64,000 bases of DNA from Antedon mediterranea (lineage: Eukaryota; Animalia; Echinodermata). The DNA lies in the NCBI RefSeq assembly GCF_964355755.1, contig NC_092671.1, positions 10,788,001 through 10,852,000 of the forward strand. The letters are read 5' to 3'. The translations under genes and the position numbers were made by a program. Under the pieces are notes generated by a model. That model was given only the letters and a program-made list of their open reading frames with translations, had not been told where the DNA came from and did not search any database. Positions 13,786-26,589 of this stretch are shown here, one piece after another; position 1 is the first letter of the stretch, and every line of letters starts with the position of its first letter.

Positions 13786-15606
13786 AATATGGTACGCTCG
13801 CGTACCATCTAGTTCGTGCCCACAGATGGTTCTCGAATACATAGTAATTTCAGCGTAAAAAAACTGGCGATTTCCAATGTACGTACGTCAGGACGATAAA
13901 ACATTGTCATTTACCTGAGAAACAAATAGATAGACACAATGATTTATGTAGTCAACCAAAATTAGCACCTAGAAACTTGTCACAAAATGAGTCCAAATTT
14001 TTTATTTGGACTCATTTAAACAAACCCAATTTGTGTTTTGTATCTAACATTAGAGTTGAGGGTTGGGAATGGGGATAGGTACAAAGAAGAACAATGTTTT
14101 AATATATTCTTTATATTAAATTATTCTTTATATTTCTTTATTATCCACTCAGTAATGAAATATTTTTTTATAGGCCTATAAATAATATACCACTAAATAG
14201 AGTAAAACATTTCCGATTTAATACTTTGTTAAAACTGTCACTGTCTCATAGTCGATTGAAATAGTAAAGTACATTTAAAGACCACTACTACGTTTATATT
14301 TTTGTAATTATTAATAAATACAAACGTTGAGAAGCAACTGTCAGTAATAAAGTATTATATTATTATGTGTTTATAATCTAAAAGTAGGGGCTACCCACAC
14401 TCACAGTAATAACGTTTGTATTTGTTTATATTCCAACACACTTCTGATTCAAATGGCGATCAAAAGTGGTTAATACCTATTTGCAGTATTGTTAGCATTA
14501 CAACTGTTTTTTTTATTCTCCAAGGGTCCATAAATTTACCTACTTGCGTTGAACCATGGAGGATGCAAGTATGGTTAAACCAAATCAATACATTTGTATA
14601 AACGTATATTAAATCTATCAAAATAGTATTTTTTAAAGAAAGTCTTCTTCAACATTATGATACTGTACTCGAGCTGTTCAACCGGTTTTCAGCCATTAAA
14701 AACAATTATCGTAGGAAGAGATAGGAAAATGCGAAGCATCCTCGTATTATTGTATGCGGGTATTTTTCACGATGGACATGCATTAGACAGTGTATACCAC
14801 GATCGGTAAACACCCCTATTTGGGGCAAATTGTTGAACCTAAATTCGTTGTAATTGTCAATAACTAATTATCTAACTCAATTTAATTAGTAAACAGGGTT
14901 ACATCAGGTGGTTAAAATCAGTTCCGAAAGTACGAACCAACTTTATATACCATCGAGTAAACATTCTAGAAGTAACGCGCGATTTACCGAATTTTGCCCT
15001 TACGTAAATTTATATATAGATTGATTGGAATCATTGATGCAACTCAAAATCGATATAGATACAAACAAGTCGATTATGACGTACCTGGAGTTAGCATATT
15101 TGAAATACCGCCGGTAACTTCTCATGGAAACGGGATATATTATTTGTTAATTTATCGTCGTGACGATAATATCGATTGGCAGAATGATGATGATGAACTA
15201 TAGGACACATTTTAGGCCAATACACCATCCTATTGAAAGATACATGTAACCATTCTTTTATAAAATGATTGCTTTTATACTAGGTCGTATTGGTTACTAC
15301 CTCTTTAAAAAAAATAAGTGTAGGGGGGCCTATACATGCAAGTCTACTTAGGACAATTTTTTTTACAATTTACAACATAGATCGGCATGCTAAGTATATT
15401 AACTAAGTACGGTACTATAAGACCCAATTATATAATATTGATGCAGGTTTAATGTATGTGTTTTCTATGTACATCAAACATAGGCCTACCTAAGAAAGCA
15501 AGCCATACAAGACAAATAATTTAATTCCCCATAATTAAAATAGACTCTTCCATCACTTAGCAACGTGTCAACATTAAGACGCTTGCTTACCGAAGTACAA
15601 CTTAAA

Positions 15607-16703
15607 ATGTCCATGACAAGAGCTCCTTCGTGTTACGATCCTGATGGTAAGATGTATATATTTTTAAAAATTGCTTAGTTAATCGACACAATAGAGGATG
15701 TATTTGCAAGTCACATGTTTGCTCTTTTTGAAAATATTTTCTTAATTAATTTATTCACTTATATTATTATTACCTCCGCCAAGGAGGTTATATTTTCACC
15801 CCTGTATGTTTGGGTGAGTACGCGGGTGGTGTACACGTGTGTGTCTGTGAACAGCCTGGAGGCCACAGTTTTTATCCGATTCTCACCAAATTTGGCCACA
15901 ATGATCTATGGCCCAAAAGCTTGGAGGAGTTCGAAGGGAAAAGGTCATAGGTCAAGGTCACAACTAACAAAAAACTATTTTACTGCCTAGAGACCACAGT
16001 TTTTATCCGATTCTCACCAAACTTAGCCACAAAGACCAATGACTCATCATATAATTGTGGTTAAATTTTGAAGGGTCAGGGTCAAAGATCAAGGTAAAAA
16101 AAAAAAATAATAAAAAAAATCCTCAGCGGGACTTGAACCAACGATCTCAACTGTGAGAGGCTGGATATATAACCATTATACCAAACTCTCATCCACAACT
16201 TTGTAGTGTGCAGTTAGCCTATTTACACTTACAACTAATAAAAAAAAAATTTGTTTTAATATATATATTTTCCGGGGACATTTTATGGAAGGGAATTTTA
16301 CAGTAGGCGGAGGTTTGTACTCTCGGAGTACCCTCTACTGTAGTTTCTTTATATTATTGAGACATTTGGTGGTGTATCCTGTATATAAACTATATTTTTT
16401 GGTTCATCATTTTTAGGTATAATCAACGATCGAAAATTGATTTCTATCTCGACAATGATCGGTCATCAGTATCCATTGCTAGGTAGGCAGCTAGGCCTCT
16501 CGGAGAATCAAATAACTGACGCCAAGTTGAAGTTTCCAGACAATATGCAACACCAGATATTCTACATGCTAACTTTGTGGCGGGATCAATACCGGACATC
16601 AGCAACATTGACCGTTCTTAAGAACTCGTTAAAGCAACTTGGCTGGACTTCAGTTTATACACAAATAAGTAATACACCTGATAATTTTTACGTGGTATTA
16701 TAA
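15607..16703 (+). CDS. Death-domain-only protein, 2 exons (15607-15646, 16417-16703), ~108 aa
   Basis: ATG..GAT G|GTAAG donor and TTTTTAG|GT acceptor join in frame: MSMTRAPSCYDPDGIINDRKLISISTMIGHQYPLLGRQLGLSENQITDAKLKFPDNMQHQIFYMLTLWRDQYRTSATLTVLKNSLKQLGW. This has the death-domain signature (LGRQLGLS..I, ML..W, AT...L...L..LG). Confidence 0.85.
15768..16345 (+). mobile_element. Non-autonomous Helentron/HINE-like element in the DD intron, containing a tRNA-derived segment (16121-16186, minus)
   Basis: Subterminal inverted acctccgcc (15772) / ggcggaggt (16306), 3' hairpin gtactctcggagtac, GTCT-like microsatellite remnant and aaggtca repeats. The internal minus strand has TGGTATAATGG (A box) and GGTTCAAGTCC (B box). 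Confidence 0.65.
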
Positions 16704-17239
16704 AATTGAGGCCTCAGACTTTCTTTTTATATAGCGACAACAGAGGGCGTTAAATTTATTCCAGATCAAGCATGACACGCCATGTGTGCCAAAGTGATTT
16801 ATTTTTGACGACATTTTTAGGCCGAATTCAACGAACATAATATGATATAGCAGGGTCTATTGTTGTTTATTTCCCCGATTCTCGAGTTCGCCAAGTGAGG
16901 CCTACATTTGATTTTAAATGGTATCAGAATTGTATGTGCAGTATTTACGTCGTGGAGAGACACTAGGGACTTTTCGGGGAGGACGACGGACATCTTGTGT
17001 TCGCTAGTGCGTAAAATCATATACAGTACAGTCGACATAGCCGTTTTATTAGTTACGTACCTTTGCGCGAAGACGGCGACGACCGGCAGTATCTCTCTCC
17101 CTCCCCTGTCTCGCGGCGCGGGGCTCTTCTGGATCGCTTGGCTCTGGTGATACAGCATAAGCCTTCCTATCTAGGGGCCTCGCATTCAAACGCCGCGCAA
17201 AATGTATTGCTTTTTACAAAGCCATTTTAACCCAATACA

Positions 17240-17500
17240 AATGAATTAATTACGTAGAACTTATTTCCTCAGTCGATAAATGGGAATTGGTTAAAATTAA
17301 AGTAAAAAATTTGCAATAAATTTTGCAAAATTAAAAAACAAAAATATTGATCTGGTAACCAGCCAAAATGATGAAAAAGTCGACTTAGAATTAAAAAGGA
17401 AAACACAAAAATTATAAAAAATATATACTTATGAAGTCAAAGGTGCTCAAATCCGGTCAAGAACAAAATGGATAGAAGAAGGAGAAACAAATAGATGAAC
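17240..17500 (+). mobile_element. Tx1/L1-clade ORF2 fragment
   Basis: Encodes WELVKIKVK and EVKGAQIRSRTKWIEEGE, typical of the Tx1/L1 EN-RT linker. Confidence 0.6.
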
Positions 17501-18690
17501 AGTCAAATGTAAAATTATGGAATGATTGAAAAAAATACGGTGTTCTAGGAGAATGACAAAAACATGCTCATTGGCGAAAGTTCAGAATTTGTTAGTTAAC
17601 ATAAAAGAGAGAAAAGACCTCAACTTGATCTATAATATTATTTTATTATATTATATAATAATGAATTATTGTAAACCAAAATATATTCACACATTAAGAA
17701 ATGAATAAAGATGGGAGAGACCCATGAAAGATAAAAAAAAAAGTATACCGCTTTTCATCATATTATTTCTAGGCTTATTTAATTATTTTAGTTTTTAATT
17801 AACTGGACCACTTGTAAGTTATCTAAATCAAAAGACTAGACCTGGGCCCGCATTAGAAGCATACTAATTAATAATAATAATACTTATTAACGTGTTTCTC
17901 TTTTCTGTCCGTTACATTACTATTATAACTCACACAAAACTGTATTAAATAACAGCATAGCAGTTACCACAGCATACAAGCTAAACAATTCCACACCGGT
18001 ACGGATTTGGATAGAAAACAAAAAAATATATATTACATTATTACTCATCCATTTTTTCTTACAGTAACAACTTTCGCAACCAATCCAGGCTAAAATATCT
18101 GGAAAATGTTCTCTATAATTGTAGTTTTACTTGTAGGCCTATACTAAACGGTCTATTGAGTTAATATTTTGTGTTCTATGAAAAAATTCTACTGCATGGA
18201 AAGGAAAATTAAGATGTATTATGTAATTACAGTAACTGTGTAACAATGCAATATACAGCTTATAATAGTAAAATGTTATTTTCGTCAAAACAATAAAAAA
18301 CCTCAAACTAAACAATTATATTAATCAAAACCACATAGGGTTCATCCCAGTTATAGTACAGAATCGTCTCATTCCTTAAAGGCTGACGGCGTTTTCGCAG
18401 ACAAAATTTGATTTATTCGATAGAAAATTAATATTAATTAATATAATGTACATTTAACAGATGAAACTGTATAAACGTAAATCGGTGAATTCACTATCAA
18501 ATTATTGCGAGGTTAAATATTAACGTTTGACATCTTTGACTTAAAATTGAACGTCGTCACTTTGACAAACGCCGTGAAAGTGGAAATAGTACTTTAATTA
18601 CATTACTACCAATCTACATTTGACATTAATCTATCTGGGTTATATTATGGCTACGTGGTGTGTTCTTTCATTATTAATCTTTTTAATATC

Positions 18691-21600
18691 TTATGTATTC
18701 TCGGACCTGTAGAGAGGAAAAAACAAGCTATTAACAACATGACATAAAGATATATTGTATTTGTAATTGTTAATGTTTACAAGTTAACGATTAATTATTT
18801 TACAAATATTAAAGGAAAGTTCAATGTCATTTCAAGATATTTTTTAGGCCTAACCTATTACTGCAATTTCAAATTTGAATCACGATACATTTTTGATTCT
18901 GAGGATTAACTACTTGGTTGGGTAATCTGTAATGATATTACAGTATAAACAAATATCAACTATTATCATATGGATTATAAAGTATACTTACATGTTTATG
19001 GTAATGTTTTGAGAGTCAATGATACATAGACCTAGTGCACCGATTTGGAAGTTCGCGCGATGAGTTTCGATGGTTGTTGATTCTGCTGCTACTTGCTTGT
19101 CTTCTTCTTCTTCTTCTTCATCCGAATCGTCGCTTGCTTCGTCGCTTAGATGTTCATCTTTGTAACTGAACCAATCTACAAAATAATGTGTAACAACATC
19201 TTAAAAGAGTACATCAGACAAACAATCGACAACAATGTTGTACACAATTTGGTTAGGCCCTGTGGATTACCTGGAAGAGCTCTATGCTGTTGATTATCCC
19301 CCTCTGATATTATGTTTTGGCATATCTCCACCTGCCGTAAATATTCCTCTATCATTTGTGTAAAATCTTCATTTCCGCCAATTCCCGATAAATATAACGC
19401 GGCCAGATTGTAAACCGTCTTCTTGAGCTTTGCAGAGAAAATCGATGTATCAAGAGAGTTGAAGAGCTTAACAGAAGAGAGTAATATCCTCAGATCTCTG
19501 ACATTCTCGCTGCCATGACGAACACTCCAAATTGCCATGAATTTATTAATGAAGTCACAACAAAAATGTATGTAACTTTGCGAGATGCCCCTTCCACCAT
19601 CACCAAGATTGTTGATGTATGTTGCCACTTCTTCACTTATTTCCATCAGTGTGCACCAGTCGTTTGATCCATATTCAACGTGCTCAGCGTTAGGCTTACC
19701 GTTCTTGACCTAAAAACAAGTTTCGTATTAATTTAACTAATTTGTCGATACCATTGATATTGTAAGATTTAAAATCTAACATACCTGAAAAATTGTATCT
19801 ACCCATATCCGAATGATGTTACTGGTTCTTCCAAACCGACGCATTGCTTTCTTATGAATATCGGCTATACATTTCAAGACATTCCAGCAGTTAACTAGAA
19901 GAGTTTCAGTCTTCTCTTCTAATATGTTGTTATAATATCTCAAATACTGCTCGAGCCCACTAGAAATACGCGTGATCATTCGTAACCTCCAGTTATCAGT
20001 ACCACTGATTTTGTCCAATTCCGATAAAAAGTAGTTCATTCCTTTATAACACCCTGCTTCGTAGTATAGTACGGCAAGTGCAAACAGCAACCTCCGAAGT
20101 AGAATATTTGGTAAATCGAGCACATCTAAAAAGCGTATAATCAATCAATTTAAATGCGGTCGATAATACCGTGAAGGACAATTATGATTCAATTATAGAA
20201 ATTATTTTATTCACGTTCATAAACTCATCACTGTTGTTAAAAAATGAACGTCTAAAACTTACCTTTAATAGACCGCCGCACATGATCTTCTTGAAAATGA
20301 CTATGCTTTTTTACCTTGCTTTTTAGTCTCAGGAACCTCTTGCCATATGTATGAAATTGTTCATAATGCAGTATTTGATTATTACAAATAGCTGACGATG
20401 AAGTTGATACAATTGCTCCATAGACGCTTGCTTTAATATCTGCCCATGCATCGGATTTGACCAAATGACACAAAATGGGATGCACACCTGAATGTAAGGC
20501 AGAAGGCGACTTTGCTCGCTTGGAAGTAATCGGTTTCTTGTGGCTACAAAGTTGTGCAATATTCTTACGAAAAGTAAGATATGGGCTTTCGATACAGCTT
20601 GACCTGCTTCTGGAAGACTCTCAAAATATTGAATACACCGACGCGCTTGATTCATCAGGTTATTCCAAGCTTTGGTCTTAGGGCTCAGGTCAACACATTC
20701 GAATAGCATGTCCATAAGTGTGCGGAATTCCATATTACTATTTTGACCAATGTGTAGCATCATGTCATTATGGTCTTCAGCTAAAACCAAAAGTTGACGA
20801 TGAGTAGCAGTTTCTACAACCATTAAACCTTCCTTCTCAGGAATATTGTCGCTGTAGTCTACACAATAATTGAATTTATACGAAAGATTACCAGCAAACA
20901 CCAGCAAAATATTGCAAGATTGCTCAACTCGTATGGCGCCTGAAAGTGATGTAACCATCTTATCAAAATTCTTTGAATTATATTGATATATTGCAGTAAA
21001 TACAATCTTAGTGACTTCATGACCTTTTCCAATCACATTATCACCTTTATTTATCTCATGATCACCCGAAGTTTTTTTTCCGGCCCGCCTTGACTCTACA
21101 ACTGAAAAATAAATCGTAGTTTACAAAGAAATGAATGATGTTATTCGTTGACGAATCTGACATAACAGTGTAAGTAGTATAAACGATGTTGTCCAGCAGA
21201 AGATTTCGAATGATCATTGCGCGCTCGTAGCCTACAATCGATGTACATCAACCATACGACTGTGATGAAAATAATTGCTATCGATGCGGAAATTCATCTC
21301 CATTGTTATATTTTTATTTTAATAAATATTTCAGTACTAAAAGTATTTTTCGTTTTGTTAGTTACCGATTGTGAAATAGCATATGATTATTAATAATTAA
21401 TAGACAATAATATATAATTAAACAGTATACCTTCATGAAAACGTTGAAATTGCTGCCTGTCATTCGCATCTTCTACACTTATTGAAAGCCATTTGCATTC
21501 ATCTCTGTAACGGTGAAGTTCTTTTCTGTTGTCGTCATATTCCGAATATGCGGTCACTAACCCTTTTCCTATGCATGCAGCTAAACTGAGTACCTTCATC

Positions 21601-24600
21601 TCGTAAACTTGATATTTAAGTTTACAAAACCATTTAGATTTAAATAGATCTGAATGTATTAATGTTACATTGAAGTTTGCTAATTTGAGAAGGCGTTCTG
21701 GGTTAGAAGGGTCTAGATGATTGTGTGTTGTCCAAACTCTACGAATAAGTACTACAGCAAGATGTACATAAAGACTCAAAACACATCTGCCATCTTCGTC
21801 AAAACCAGGCAATGTATCTGAAACAGCTTCTTTGCTCCTTTTCAATAGTTTGGCCCATTGCTCACTTCCGACTACCAAATCATCACATTCAAGAACGCAG
21901 TAAATCCAATTTTCAAAACCCTTGCTGCTGAATTTTTTCATTTTGGTCATCAATGTACTGCTACAATCCTTCCCAAGTTTTTGCAACATTTCACAAAACT
22001 TCATCTGTAGTTTATTGACATCGTTCTCTGAATTAGCACTGTTATGAAAGTCAGCAATTTCAGAGAAAGTAGACGAAAATTTGCATGCAATACTGAGTTT
22101 GAAATCAACGTCTTGAAGTTCTTCTTCAGTCTCCTCCATAGAACGTCTCATAGAGGCGTATCGTCGGGAATGAAAATATTGGATGATTTTCGTGGCAATA
22201 TTGTGTAATAATTTTCTTTTGCGAAACTTTTTCTCGTATGCCGAATCAATGCTGGTTTCTTCTTTGTAAGCAGACTCCACTTCTGTTATTGAAAAAGGTT
22301 GAACAGGTATTGTAGAATGTTACGATCACTAACTTCTAACATATTTTTTTTATACATGCATACACTTATCATAATTATGTTTTGGTAAAACATTCAATTA
22401 CATTTAGATAAATTATTATATATTTCTAATATTAAAATTGTTTACAATACATTCATGCCTTTCCCGAAACAATATAAGAAAGCAAACAGAAAAATGTAAA
22501 ATTAATTTCATATAATTTACCTCTGGTATAACGGTCCAGTTTCATCTGGTCTGCTTCAGAACGTTCCTCAGCGGTTTTAAAATGTAAGCATTCAGCGTAT
22601 ATCTCTCCCAACTTTTGATTCAATTGATCAAACTCTGGTTTGAATTCTACAGCACTTAATTCGTAGTTTGATATTGTACACCCAAGACTAAGAACCATCA
22701 AGCCATATGCTCTTAATCTGATTTCGCCAAAGTATATAGATGAAATCAAATCAGATTCAGTTAGTGGTAACGCATACGAAGCAATACGCAGCAAGCCATA
22801 GAAATCCCATCCGCACACCATATTTCTAACAGACCACGTGTGTGCTATGGTATGCAGAATCATCATAATAATTGATTTGTTGACAGTTTGTATTGCACCA
22901 CCACTGGATCTAGAAAAGAAGTCGGTTAGTAGAGTTGTTTTGGTGATAATCTGTGTCCAATCAGATGACCCGTATTTCAGATTGGCATCAAGCTCAAAGA
23001 TCTCTCGCAATTGCTCCATCCATGCTGTGAGTGGGTCTATGGAAGAAGGCAAATTTAATTCATCCAGTAACTCTTTATAACCCAATGAGAGTTCCTTGAA
23101 TGCTTCCATAGCAACTTGATTTAAAACCAAGAAGTCGGTTACACTGTCATTGATTTTGTTGTGCAGAGTACTAAACGCCTGTAGTCGTGTAGTAAGGTTT
23201 GCCCCGAATAGAATTCTATGTCTAGATGATTTTGACCTTTTATCCAACTTCAATAAAGTTGCTTCTGCTTTCTGGTAATCACCTTGCATAAAGTATGTCT
23301 TGGCTAAGGTCGTTTCAATTGCATCCACAGATTCTTTGTCGACTGTTTGTAAATCTTTTTTCAATTTTCTTTCTTGATCTAAATCTAAAAATACATGTTA
23401 AAAGATTAGGATACAACTTTAGAGCTGCGTCCAATAATCATAATAAGGAAAACGATCTTAATATAAAATCAATACATCCTAGGTTTGTTATTATATATTA
23501 CAAATATCCTGGTGGATATGTTGATACACGTTTCATTTTGTAATCTAATACTGTATGCACAAATCTGTATAAATAGTTTAGTCCAATTTATAAATGCACT
23601 AAAGAGAAATCGAACAAAAGGTTTGTGTACTGTACATTCGAAATTACAAAATGCCAATCAATGGTAATCTATACATTGGGTTTCATTAAATTATTGTTAA
23701 TGTACTTTTAGCATCATGTAGGCGTATTAACGAATTAGTATTATAACCAAATTGGTCTTCATTGCAATGGAACTCAGATAAGATGGTTCAATTTCCACGG
23801 TGATTGAAAAAATACACAGTACGATGTGCTTCTACATAGTGTTCTGTGTTATAGTAGCTCACCATCGAATGAAACCGATTGAGAAGACGATGCGCCTCTT
23901 GCTTGGTTACATCACTGAACTTTTCCATCGACTCATTTTTTCTTGATTGTTTGTTCAGATCTCTTACGTCATTGCCTTTTCCCTTTCGCTCAGCATTAAT
24001 TACAATCATATCTTTAGTATCTAAGGTCAAGATTAATTGACATTGATTTTGAACATAATGTAATTTCATTTTGCATATGAAAACAACAACCTATTTAGAA
24101 CAGTATTTATTATTCAAATTAATGTACTGAACTGTGATTGTATAGTGTGAATAAATGGGTGAATGGAAAAAAACTTATTAAACAAAAATGGAAACAAATT
24201 TGAAACTCACCTGTGTTGGTGAATATACTCAACTTAATTTTAACTTCTTTTAAAAAGGATGTCTTTTAAAAATCTATATAGCCTACTTTTACACTTTTTG
24301 TAATTGTACCATATGTATATGAACTGCCAACCAACATTTCTCTCCTTTTACAAAGACAAATAAAGGTTCTTGTATTTTGTAAGATGTCAGATACACAATG
24401 TCACAAGGTCTATCTGATTAAATAAAATAATTGAATTACCATGAAGTGTTGATGTTCTTGTTGAAGTGCTTTCAGCAAAAATATCCTCTGGAATACGAAT
24501 ATATTCACATTATAACACACGTTTAAAGTTTTTTTTTTAAATTTTGTATATTATTACAGTATAATGTTCAGATGTTTATTTATTTAGTTTATTAGATCGG

Positions 24601-25774
24601 TTAACAATTGAAAGCAAAGATTAAATTAAAATAGTAATGAAAATAATTTAAGGTTGTGAATCTTCAAACAGACCAAACAAACATAATGCCTAATTAGTGA
24701 ATTCAAAGGCATGAACAATATCAGTGGCTGGTTCGGAATGGAAACAAATAAAATAAGCAACAAGTTATATAAAAACATACTTGTACAGCCAAAAAGAAAG
24801 CAAGTTATTATAAAGTGTTACTTATATGCTGTTTAGCTTACCTTCTTTACCACTATCTCTAAATTTCGATTTACTATGCGGCCAGTCTTGATCGAAGGTG
24901 CAGTTGTGAAAGAAAATACATATCATTTTTAAATAGTGTATTGAAAGGTAAAGAAAATATATGTGTTTTATTTGGTAATAAGCCTACAGTAATCTTTGTA
25001 TCGAGTTTACCAAAAATGGCCTAGATATAATCATGTAGCTATGCATAAAGTAATACCGTGAAGTGTTGATTTTCTTGATGTGCTTTCACCAAAAACTTCA
25101 TCTGGAATACGAACATAAGTAACGACAAATGAAAACATACGTCATTAAGTTCAAATAAAAAAGTTATTCACTTTGAATAATTACAGTTTGATATAGTGGG
25201 GGCTGTTATGGCTCAAATAGTTAGGCGTTTTGCAACAGCACCAACTTTTGTGTGTTGGTTCTCCACCCCGTACTCTTTCAATTTCTGTCGGGCGCCTACA
25301 GTAGAAACTTGACTTCAAAGGATCGCCTAATTTGAATAATTTAACATTTGTTACGCAAATGTCCTAATAATCTTTACAACCAATTGTCATAGAATGTTGT
25401 TTTTGGTCCAATACAGAATTTCCAAGATTTTGAACTAAAATATCTCTAACTAACCCCATTAATAGGGTTAACTTGATTAATTTACCATGCTCCCCAAACC
25501 GACGTGTTTCAACATTCAAACTTGGCTCTCTTCTTTCCGTCGGAGCTCCAAGTCCTCTCCATCTATTTCGGATAAGTTTCTTCAGAGTTAGACGTTCAGC
25601 CAAATTAAGATTTTGAATACTATCTAAACTGGCTTCATCAAGGTCTTGAAGTGAAGAGATGTTTCTAAAGCCGACATCTTCTAATATATAAATGGCTCGT
25701 TGTAGCAGACCACATCTTTTCAACTCACGTCGCATGGCATTTAAATCGGCCAATTCATCTTCATTAGACGCCAT
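18691..25774 (-). CDS. Multi-exon gene: SAM-like domain + micro-exons + five divergent helical (TPR-like) repeats + acidic linker + RHIM-like C-terminus; this copy carries lesions (possible pseudogene or exon-skipping)
   Basis: Canonical AG/GT exons: 25486-25774, 25057-25101, 24440-24487, 24020-(degenerate, donor not located), 22521-23384 (864 nt), 21431-22282 (852 nt), 20263-21101 (839 nt, -1 frameshift), 19785-20125, 19271-19709, 18992-19175, 18691-18706. Phases are compatible. Repeats share Y(F/Y)xxxxYxxM/A, W..., (Y/V)GSxxW and LxxSxxFxxI/LKxxVY patterns. Confidence 0.7.
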
Positions 25775-26589
25775 ATTTCAAGGCCTATATAGAATTATAA
25801 TAGTTCACATATATTCATATATTATCACCATCATATTATCATTATTTATTAAAAGTGCTAATGTAATGGTGATTAAATACAATTTTCTGAGAGTTTCATA
25901 CAAGCATATATTGAAACTATTATATTGTGATTGAGATTTACAGAATTTGGACACAGCCAAGAATAGTTTTGCTTTTTTGTTTCTCCAGCTCAACCTACTT
26001 GTACACTTTTTAATCTATGGGGGTGATAGTCGGAAACCTAACACTTCTGTTCAAACTATTCAAACAAACTACAACAAATCCTTAAATCTTGATTCATTAT
26101 TTACATTCAATACTATTTTTATAATAGAATTTTCAAAAACGTTTATGTATACAGTGGTATTTAATCGATTCTTACACAAATATAACCTCATAGACGTACG
26201 CATAAACCCGTCTGTGCTTGTGGTAGATGTATTGTATATGACAACAATTGTAGTTTCAGAGAAATCTTAACCTGGATTCCAAAGTACAATAATGCAATTG
26301 GTTGTCTCCGTTTAATAAATAGATAGAGATAATTATAAATATAAATATTAAATACATAATATTGTTACCAACAAAAGACAGAAAAGACATGACAAACATT
26401 ATGTGCTCAAATTTTATCAAACAACTTATGAATATAATGTTAATTTATAAAAAACGTATCACGATAATAATTTGATTAATTTTTGGCCCTAAAAATATTT
26501 CTGACAGACAAAAATGTATTGATTAACTTCATTTCTTATGCATTGACATTTTCATTCCAGGATAAAACAAATATATAGCAAATATTTAT

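Noticed and set aside
16121-16186. tRNA gene on the minus strand
   Set aside because: The acceptor stem does not close and it is embedded in a HINE-like element; treated as a tRNA-derived fragment.
24211-24273. Another candidate small exon (ACAG|GTGAGT donor)
   Set aside because: In-frame TAA immediately after the nearest acceptor.
24842-24905. Additional micro-exon (FDQDWPHSKSKFRDSGKE) of the SAM-repeat gene
   Set aside because: Good donor (GAAG|GTAAGC) but no AG after the pyrimidine tract; unsupported without RNA data.
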